Shown: one piece after another, positions 57,173 through 63,997 of the stretch
Numbering within the stretch: the stretch's first letter is position 1
Layout: each line of letters opens with the position of its first letter
From: a virus
DNA length: 64,000 nucleotides
Direction: 5' to 3' (one strand)
IMG/VR virus record: IMGVR_UViG_3300031963_000105
Made by a program: the position numbers and the translations under genes
Notes under the pieces: model-generated
The model's database searches: none
Told to the model about the DNA's origin: nothing
What the model saw: the letters and a program-made list of their open reading frames with translations, nothing else

Positions 57173-58606
57173 TTAGTTTATATTTTTTTTATATTTAATA
57201 ATCCATTTATTAATATCAATTTCATCGTTTAATAGTGGTTCGTTTTTAATGTTTAAACTTGTATTTAAAAGAACAGGAACACCACTATATTCATTCCATT
57301 TAAATAGAAGTTCATATAAATGTTTATTTTGTTTTTTGTTTATAGTTTGAACTCTTGATGTTCCATCAACATGAACAACCGATGGTATTAAATTTGGTTT
57401 TTTACATTTTACAGCATATTGCATATACGGAGAATCAAACTCCATATCAAACCATTGTTTACTATATTCTTCTAACACTATTGGAGCAAATGGTCTAAAC
57501 AATTCTCTATTTTTAATTTCATTAACTTTATCTTTTATATCTGGATCTCTAGGGTCTGCTAATATACTTCTATTCCCTAAAGCTCTTGGTCCAAATTCTG
57601 CTCTACCATAAGCAACAGCAGTTATCTTATCTGTTTTTAAATTGTTTAGTATATTATCTATTGGATATGTTTTCTTTATATCATATCCTAAATATGGTGT
57701 TTCCCAATTAACAAAGTCATTATATAAAGCACAAGCGGCTCCTAAACTACTACCAGCATCTCCGGGATTTGGCATAATCCAAACATTATCAAATATTTTC
57801 CATAGTAATGTATTAGCAGAACAATTAAGAGCACACCCACCCATAAAAACTAAATTCTTACATTTTGTTTTTTTGTAAGCATATAACATAAACTCCATCA
57901 TTCTTTCTTCATAAACTTTTTGAACTGATGCTGCTATATCAAATTTATTTTGTTCGTCTACTAGTTCATCCCAATCATATATTCCTTTATGAAAATTATA
58001 TTTTTGTTTTTTTGTATTAGGAAAATATGAATTTACTTTATTATAATATTTTTCTGGGTTTCCATATCCAGCCATCCCCATCATTATATATTCTTCTTTA
58101 TTTGGTTCCAGTCCAAGTAGTTTTGTAAATGCGCTATAAAAAAGACCAAAGCTGATTGGATAATTTTGACTATATATCTTTTTTATTTTATTATCATTTC
58201 CCAACCATATACTAGATGTATTAAATTCTCCTATAGAATCTAATACAACTATTGTAGCATTTTTAAATTTACTTGTAAAATATCCAGCAGAAGCATGAGA
58301 ATAATGATGTTTAAAATATTTAACCGGAATGTTTTTTAACAAAGAGTTAGTTTTAAAATATGGAACATCTCCACCTTTACCTCCTCGAAAAAACAATCTT
58401 AAATTTTTTAAAAAAGGATTTTCATAATATGCTATAACATCCGGAACTCCATATTCAAAAGCATTATTAATTATTTCTTGATTTAAAAACCAATCGTTTT
58501 TTACTTTACTATATCTCTCTGAATGAGAAGCGAAAAGTATTTCTCCATTTTTTATAACTGATAAAGCTGAATCGTGAGTTGTTTCGTTTATTCCATAAAT
58601 TATCAT
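57173..58606 (-). CDS. Carbamoyltransferase (NodU/CmcH/TobZ family)
   Basis: HDSA, ERYSKVK, HHYSHA, DSIGE, MGMAGYG, GGCALN, GDAG, GRAEFGPRALGNRSIL, RELFRPFAP, HVDGTSRVQT, LNTSLN. Confidence 0.95.
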   Translation of the reverse strand: MIIYGINETTHDSALSVIKNGEILFASHSERYSKVKNDWFLNQEIINNAFEYGVPDVIAYYENPFLKNLRLFFRGGKGGDVPYFKTNSLLKNIPVKYFKHHYSHASAGYFTSKFKNATIVVLDSIGEFNTSSIWLGNDNKIKKIYSQNYPISFGLFYSAFTKLLGLEPNKEEYIMMGMAGYGNPEKYYNKVNSYFPNTKKQKYNFHKGIYDWDELVDEQNKFDIAASVQKVYEERMMEFMLYAYKKTKCKNLVFMGGCALNCSANTLLWKIFDNVWIMPNPGDAGSSLGAACALYNDFVNWETPYLGYDIKKTYPIDNILNNLKTDKITAVAYGRAEFGPRALGNRSILADPRDPDIKDKVNEIKNRELFRPFAPIVLEEYSKQWFDMEFDSPYMQYAVKCKKPNLIPSVVHVDGTSRVQTINKKQNKHLYELLFKWNEYSGVPVLLNTSLNIKNEPLLNDEIDINKWIIKYKKNIN

Positions 58607-59220
58607 TATTCAGAATAATTTATTATCGCAGGAATTTCTTCAATATTCAATAAAAAACAACAAATATATCTAAGAACACCATTAGTTAATATTAAAGCGC
58701 CTTTATCATTTAGAACGGTAAATATATTATCTTCTTTTAATTCAAATCCTTTTGATTTTAAAGAGTATGATAATGTTATAATTTTATTTATGAAATAATT
58801 ATAAAAACTTTTATATGAAGTATTTAATAAAAATCTTACAGCTCGCTCTGGGTTTTTTGTTTTGTCTTTAAGCTTACCGCTAAAAAATTCTATTAAAAGT
58901 TTTTCCACTTCGGTTTTAAATATAGGATTATCTGGTGTTATATTTTTATCTTTTAATTTTCTTGCTATCTTATATAAGAAATGTTTTTTAATAGAAAATA
59001 TATAATTCTTATCTTGTATTTCAGAAGTTTCTATTTGATTTGAATTTATACTGTTATCTGTAGAGTATGGAATATTGTCTAATACTAAAAAATAATTTTC
59101 ATTTTTTTTATATAACCCATCTTGTATATTTTGCGTTGAAAAAAATAAAGGTAAAGTTTCTTCGTATGAAGTTGATACGAAAAATCTTATATTTTTAATT
59201 TTTATAATATCAGATTCCAT
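58606..59220 (-). CDS. Hypothetical late protein
   Basis: 204-aa ORF with TATAAATA at 59227-59234; TAATG coupling to the carbamoyltransferase. Confidence 0.7.
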   Translation of the reverse strand: MESDIIKIKNIRFFVSTSYEETLPLFFSTQNIQDGLYKKNENYFLVLDNIPYSTDNSINSNQIETSEIQDKNYIFSIKKHFLYKIARKLKDKNITPDNPIFKTEVEKLLIEFFSGKLKDKTKNPERAVRFLLNTSYKSFYNYFINKIITLSYSLKSKGFELKEDNIFTVLNDKGALILTNGVLRYICCFLLNIEEIPAIINYSE

Positions 59221-59235
59221 TAATAATATTTATAA

Positions 59236-59712
59236 TTACTTTACTCTTATTACTTCTGTTTTTGGACCATCGAGATCTAACTGAGTTCCCTTTTTAACAT
59301 ATTCTATAGCATACGGCGCTGGCATATTCTTTTTAACATACGCTAAAATAATATCATTTATTTTTAAATAAGATTCTTTTGTCCAATGTGATATATATGT
59401 AGAATCGATATTATCTTGCTTTGGTAGAATAACTCCAGAATATGTAAAGTCTATTATTTTTGGAGTACCTAAAACTACAATATCAGAATTATTTTCTAAA
59501 GGATATACCACACTATAATTTTTATCTATAATTCCTCTACTTTTAAGTTCTTTAAAAAGAAAAGAATGAGACTCTCTGGATGAATTATACGGAGCTAAAA
59601 AAGTTCCTTCCGAGTCCCCTAAAAAGTATATAAAATTATAATCTCTCCTATCATAAACGCCAGCGATATATTCTGGAGATTCTAATAGAAAATATTCTTT
59701 AAACGAAATCAT
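59236..59712 (-). CDS. Hypothetical protein with T4-like CTS
   Basis: MISFKEYFLLES. Confidence 0.7.
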   Translation of the reverse strand: MISFKEYFLLESPEYIAGVYDRRDYNFIYFLGDSEGTFLAPYNSSRESHSFLFKELKSRGIIDKNYSVVYPLENNSDIVVLGTPKIIDFTYSGVILPKQDNIDSTYISHWTKESYLKINDIILAYVKKNMPAPYAIEYVKKGTQLDLDGPKTEVIRVK

Positions 59713-60986
59713 TTTTCAATAAAAAACTGTTTGAATGATACTATCTTACTTTCTTGTTTAACTTCTTGTTCAGGTTTAACTTCTGGAGAAGCTGGTTTAT
59801 AGTTTGGATTAAAAACATCTGGTTTAACCTTTTTAAGATCATCAACTATAATTTCAAAACCACCATCTGGTTCCAATAATTTACCATCTGGTTTTTGAAA
59901 ATCTAAATACTCTTTTAATTTATCTCTATCATTAAAAAGATCTTCCAAGCTGGATACTCCGAAATACTCCATACAATCTTTTTTAAATTCTGGAGATCCA
60001 ATATATTTTGGATTTTTTTGTTTCTTATTCCACATTACAGAACGTCTAATAGCTCTTGCTCTACTACCTCTACCTCTCATAACCCCTTTGGCGTTTAACC
60101 CGACGATTAAACCAATTGGATTTCCATTTTCATCAAACTCCTTTTCGTTATCATCCAAGAATCTCAAATCGCTGGCATCACCGTTCAATACTTTGAATCC
60201 TAAATAATGACTAGGTAATACATTATTTTTTTGATAGAAAACATACGCTACGTTTCCACCATTTTTAAGAATATCCAAAGATGCTTTGTCGTTTTGTTCA
60301 CTACGACTAAATGTTTGGTGAATCAATTTACTTTGAGAATACTTTTTATAGCGGGGAACTATTTTTGTATAGTCGTAAAACGTAACACCTTTTCCTGCTT
60401 GCTCTTTAACAAAATCTTCCATCTTTTCTCCGAAGTCATAATCAGAAGTTCCATTCATTCTAATAGCAAGTTTTAATTTAAACTCATCTGCAAAATGTTT
60501 AAGTAAAACAATATCCGATTTTAATTTTGTAAAAAACAATTCAGGAGATAAATGTAACTCCTGTGCTTTTCTAATTCTGGATCTTAACTTACCTTTTAAT
60601 ACCGCCGGATTACCAGCGGTGTTTAAACAACCAATACGGCAACAACCAGAAGAACCAACGCAAACATCAACCCCTCCTTCTTCTGAAGGTGCTATATAAA
60701 GAATACCAGTAATATATTGATCTCCACTTCTTTTATCATGTAAAGATTTTAAGGTCTTTGCATCCGCTAAAACTGATAATAAATTAAGTCTTGGTAATTT
60801 TCTTTTAAGTTCTTGTTCAAACTTTATTTCCTCATCACTTAATTGTAACTTTGCCTCGGTCAATACTTCTTCTTGACATAGTTCACATGAAACACTTTCG
60901 TTTAAAAAATCTTCATACTTTAAAACATTGAATGTGTTTTTGTTATTTCTGTTTGTTACGTTTTCTACTAAAAGTTCTAAATCCAT
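59709..60986 (-). CDS. GP88-like (Cys-cluster, radical-SAM-like fold suspected) protein
   Basis: ILYIAP...CVGSSGCCRIGCLNTAG, IRMNGTSD, FYDYTK, TFSRSE, NVAYVF, GDASDLRFLD, VGLNAKG. Confidence 0.65.
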   Translation of the reverse strand: MDLELLVENVTNRNNKNTFNVLKYEDFLNESVSCELCQEEVLTEAKLQLSDEEIKFEQELKRKLPRLNLLSVLADAKTLKSLHDKRSGDQYITGILYIAPSEEGGVDVCVGSSGCCRIGCLNTAGNPAVLKGKLRSRIRKAQELHLSPELFFTKLKSDIVLLKHFADEFKLKLAIRMNGTSDYDFGEKMEDFVKEQAGKGVTFYDYTKIVPRYKKYSQSKLIHQTFSRSEQNDKASLDILKNGGNVAYVFYQKNNVLPSHYLGFKVLNGDASDLRFLDDNEKEFDENGNPIGLIVGLNAKGVMRGRGSRARAIRRSVMWNKKQKNPKYIGSPEFKKDCMEYFGVSSLEDLFNDRDKLKEYLDFQKPDGKLLEPDGGFEIIVDDLKKVKPDVFNPNYKPASPEVKPEQEVKQESKIVSFKQFFIEK

Positions 60987-61001
60987 AATTTTAATAAATA
61001 T

Positions 61002-61460
61002 TTACAATATACTTAGTATATTCAAATTGTAAACTGCAAATGCATCATTAGATCTATCGTATATTGCATCGATTCCGAATGAGTTCATAATACTTGGCAA
61101 CTCATCGAATCCCATCCAACTACTAAGTTCCCGTCCTTTATATTTTAAATTTTGATAATAATCCCAATCATCGGTTTTCCTTAAATCCAATATTTTATTA
61201 ATCGGATTCATTTTAAATTCTAAAACTGTTCCTCCTTCGTCGTCCCCAGAAAAATCCGCATAATTACTTTTTGCTAATTGTTCATCTGTAGTAACATAAA
61301 AAGCTTGTCCGAAATATCCCTTATGACATTTACTTAAATTCAACCCATTTTCTTTTATATCTTTCGCAGATGATAAATCGGTTCCATGATACACGGTAAG
61401 AGGATATTGAAAATTTTCTATTTCAGTTTGCTCTTTAAAAAAATATTCTTTGAAAGTCAT
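61002..61460 (-). CDS. ADP-ribosyltransferase-fold protein (H-Y-x / PARP-like) with T4-like CTS
   Basis: MTFKEYFFKE; VYHGT, GYFGQAFYVT, GTVLEF, AFAVYN; TATAAATA at 61466-61473. Confidence 0.7.
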   Translation of the reverse strand: MTFKEYFFKEQTEIENFQYPLTVYHGTDLSSAKDIKENGLNLSKCHKGYFGQAFYVTTDEQLAKSNYADFSGDDEGGTVLEFKMNPINKILDLRKTDDWDYYQNLKYKGRELSSWMGFDELPSIMNSFGIDAIYDRSNDAFAVYNLNILSIL

Positions 61461-61474
61461 TTCAATATTTATAC

Positions 61475-61503
61475 TTGACTAAAATAAAAAAATCAAATAC
61501 TAT
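61475..61503 (+). promoter_or_regulatory. sigma70-like promoter, back-to-back with a late promoter
   Basis: TTGACT-17 nt-TACTAT; the late box TATAAATA on the - strand ends 1 nt away. Confidence 0.6.
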
Positions 61504-61509
61504 TTTCTC

Positions 61510-61983
61510 ATGAATATATTTGTACTTGATAAAAATCCCATTCAAGCCGCTCGTCAACATAATGATAAGCATTGCATTAAGATGATTCTGGAGCATACTC
61601 AAATGCTTTCCACCGCCATCCGTGTTCATTCCAATGACACCGTTGATGGTGTATATAAACTAGCACACCTTAATCACCCATGCTCTAAATGGGTGCGCGC
61701 AGCGCGAAAAAATTTTATTTGGCTTTGTGAAATGACCGAAGAACTATTTCAAGAATATACTCGCCGCTATGGTAAGCAACATAAGTCCTATCCCATCTTC
61801 CAGTTGTGCAGGGATCACGCCAACATTGTTCCAGACGGAGACATGACCCCATTTGCTCAAGCTATGCCAGATGAATATAAAAATTCCGATCCGGTTACTG
61901 CATACCGAACATATTACCTCAAGGATAAAAAAGAATTTTCTACATGGAAACTAGGTAACGTTCCGGATTGGTGGATTGTATAA
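61510..61983 (+). CDS. Pyrimidine dimer DNA glycosylase (DenV/endonuclease V-like)
   Basis: MNIFVLD...DKHCIKMILE..QMLSTA, HLNHPCSKWVR, EYTRRYGKQH, AYRTYY. Confidence 0.8.
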   Translation: MNIFVLDKNPIQAARQHNDKHCIKMILEHTQMLSTAIRVHSNDTVDGVYKLAHLNHPCSKWVRAARKNFIWLCEMTEELFQEYTRRYGKQHKSYPIFQLCRDHANIVPDGDMTPFAQAMPDEYKNSDPVTAYRTYYLKDKKEFSTWKLGNVPDWWIV

Positions 61984-62453
61984 TGAAAGAAATAGAAATT
62001 AAAAAAGAATGGATTGAAGAAGCAGAACAAAAATCCAAAGAGATGGGACAACTAAGAAACTCCATAACAAAAGGAGAAGGTAATGTCGTTGGGTTTCTAG
62101 GTGAAATAGTAGCGGCGAATTATATTAAAGCCAAAATAGAAAACACTCATGATTATGATATTGTTAAGAATGATGTTAAAATAGATGTTAAAACAAAAAA
62201 GTGTTCTTCTAAACCAAAAGACTTTTATGAATGTTCTATAAGTGGATACAATACAAAACAAAATTGCGATGTCTATTTGTTTGTAAGAATACTAAATGAT
62301 AATTCTAAGGCATGGTTATGCGGAATGATACCAAAAACAAAGTTCTTTAAGAATGCAAAGTTTTATCCAAAGGGATTTATAGATACTTCAAATAATATGA
62401 AGTTCCATTGTGATACCTATAATATGATGATTAAAGATTTAGTACAGTTTTAA
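61983..62453 (+). CDS. PD-(D/E)xK restriction-endonuclease-like protein
   Basis: GFLGEIVA...YDIV...KIDVKTK; start at 61983 (TAATG overlap). Confidence 0.6.
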   Translation: MKEIEIKKEWIEEAEQKSKEMGQLRNSITKGEGNVVGFLGEIVAANYIKAKIENTHDYDIVKNDVKIDVKTKKCSSKPKDFYECSISGYNTKQNCDVYLFVRILNDNSKAWLCGMIPKTKFFKNAKFYPKGFIDTSNNMKFHCDTYNMMIKDLVQF

Positions 62454-62860
62454 CGCGCGCCTTCTGGACCTAAACGGTTTCCGAATTCACCCATCATACT
62501 TGATAACTTTTCTTTACCCGCTTTGGCTTCCGGTGATGCATTTTTATCCCATGTATCACTCATGTTTTGAAGACGTTCAGCAGTATTTTCTCCGCGTGTT
62601 AAATCTTTAACAACCCAATTAACCCAAGCACTTACATCGCTAGATCCAATATCTTCAAGAGATTCTCCTTCCGCAACATGACTAGCTACCTGATTAACAG
62701 CATCAAGAACTTTTTCTATACCATAATCTCTTAATAAATCGACATGGTTACTAGCTATTCTGCGACTTATTGCGCGATGAACAGAATCATAAACATTTCC
62801 TTCTTTTAAGATTTGATTAGAATATAAATTTTCTAATAGTATTTGGTCTTTGCTTCTCAT
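62450..62860 (-). CDS. Hypothetical protein with CTS-like N-terminus
   Basis: MRSKDQILLENLYSNQILKEG; TATAAGTA at 62870-62877. Confidence 0.7.
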   Translation of the reverse strand: MRSKDQILLENLYSNQILKEGNVYDSVHRAISRRIASNHVDLLRDYGIEKVLDAVNQVASHVAEGESLEDIGSSDVSAWVNWVVKDLTRGENTAERLQNMSDTWDKNASPEAKAGKEKLSSMMGEFGNRLGPEGAR

Positions 62861-62877
62861 ATGTTTATATACTTATA

Positions 62878-63132
62878 TTAGAGTTGATCGAAATCAGTAT
62901 CGGGATGATAAATGTCATCATCATAGCAATAATAAAAATGTTTATTATTCTTTGAATCCCAAACATAAAGATACCACTTACCATTCTTTTTAAAAGGAAT
63001 TTCTTTTCCTCCAGAACCAATTTTAATCGGAAACTCAAAACCTTTATCCCAATCCGCAGGAGGAACATTTCTTTCCTCGTTTAAAATTTTACTATATAAA
63101 CCCTCTAGAACTATTTGGTCTTTGTTTTTCAT
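62878..63132 (-). CDS. Hypothetical aromatic-rich protein with CTS-like N-terminus
   Basis: Start revised to MKNKDQIVLEGLYSKILNEE after a GTAAATA box. Confidence 0.7.
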   Translation of the reverse strand: MKNKDQIVLEGLYSKILNEERNVPPADWDKGFEFPIKIGSGGKEIPFKKNGKWYLYVWDSKNNKHFYYCYDDDIYHPDTDFDQL

Positions 63133-63142
63133 TATATTATAT

Positions 63143-63406
63143 TTACTTGGTTTTATCTCCCCTTTTCCAAGATATTCTTTTTGATCCCTTTTTGTGTCTT
63201 TTTCTCGTATTACACATAGACTTTGTTGGTCGGCAAGCAGGGTATCCTTTTCTTTTTTCACCCTTTTGTCTACCACATGGTTTTCCTGTTTTACAATCTA
63301 TCCATCCTTTACCTTTGTTTCTTTTAAACCATCCATGAAGACCTTGCTTCTTTTCCAAGTCAAAACCTTCTTCCAATACGGATTCTATAAGATTTACCAA
63401 GTTCAT
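63143..63406 (-). CDS. Small basic Cys-rich protein (DUF5872-associated type)
   Basis: MNLVNLIESVLEEG...GLHGWF...WIDCKTGKPCGR...YPACRP; start revised to 63406. Confidence 0.7.
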   Translation of the reverse strand: MNLVNLIESVLEEGFDLEKKQGLHGWFKRNKGKGWIDCKTGKPCGRQKGEKRKGYPACRPTKSMCNTRKRHKKGSKRISWKRGDKTK

Positions 63407-63570
63407 TTCTTTTTCTTTTTCCAAATCTTTCCTTGACGGCATTTTACAACCGCACCACTTTTATATGCAGATGTCTTTTTACCATATACCGAATCGGCTC
63501 TTTTAAGACATCTGTCTCTCTTTACCTTGGCTTCTGATAAAACTTTTTCTATTAACACAGTTAAATTCAT
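63403..63570 (-). CDS. 55-aa basic protein (DUF5872-like; not in the ORF track)
   Basis: MNLTVLIEKVLSEAKVKRDRCLKRADSVYGKKTSAYKSGAVVKCRQGKIWKKKKK; AATAAATA box upstream; ATGA overlap with the next gene. Confidence 0.7.
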   Translation of the reverse strand: MNLTVLIEKVLSEAKVKRDRCLKRADSVYGKKTSAYKSGAVVKCRQGKIWKKKKK

Positions 63571-63589
63571 ATATTATATTTATTAAAAA

Positions 63590-63997
63590 CTATTCTATTT
63601 TTCTATAAACAAAATTTCCCCTATCGGTTATTAACTTAGGTTCGTTTAATGCTATAACATCAAATAACGGATATCCATATTTGATTCCTCCTTTTGGAAT
63701 ATCAAACTTACTATCTTTTTGTACTAGATGTTTATTATAATCTTTTCTAAATTCTTCTTCGGTTTTATATATTACTGGATCTCCTATAGTAGCATAACCA
63801 ACAAGATATGCCTTTCCCTTTCCGGTTCTTATAATACCAACCTTTTTTCCTATAAATGATTTTAAAGAATTTCTATTTCTTGTCTCTATTGTTTTCTCTC
63901 CGCGTAAAATTTGACCGGTAAAATCTTGTATCTTATCATTAATGTTTATACCTATAGAAACATCATTTGATTCTAAAAAATATTCTTTAAATGTCAT
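63590..63997 (-). CDS. ASCH/PUA-domain protein with T4-like CTS
   Basis: MTFKEYFLES; FTGQILRGEKTIETR, GKKVGI, YGYPL...V. Confidence 0.8.
   Translation of the reverse strand: MTFKEYFLESNDVSIGININDKIQDFTGQILRGEKTIETRNRNSLKSFIGKKVGIIRTGKGKAYLVGYATIGDPVIYKTEEEFRKDYNKHLVQKDSKFDIPKGGIKYGYPLFDVIALNEPKLITDRGNFVYRKIE

Noticed and set aside
59709-60986. Calling the GP88-like protein a canonical radical SAM enzyme
   Set aside because: The Cys spacing is C-x5-CC-x3-C, not CxxxCxxC; the fold cannot be confirmed by eye.
6225-63436. Many short opposite-strand or nested ORFs in the track (e.g. 6225, 9979, 14775, 19035, 27812, 39614, 43933, 49454, 60231, 63194)
   Set aside because: They lie within well-supported genes, have the F/L/S/I-rich composition typical of antisense frames in AT-rich DNA, and lack promoters.
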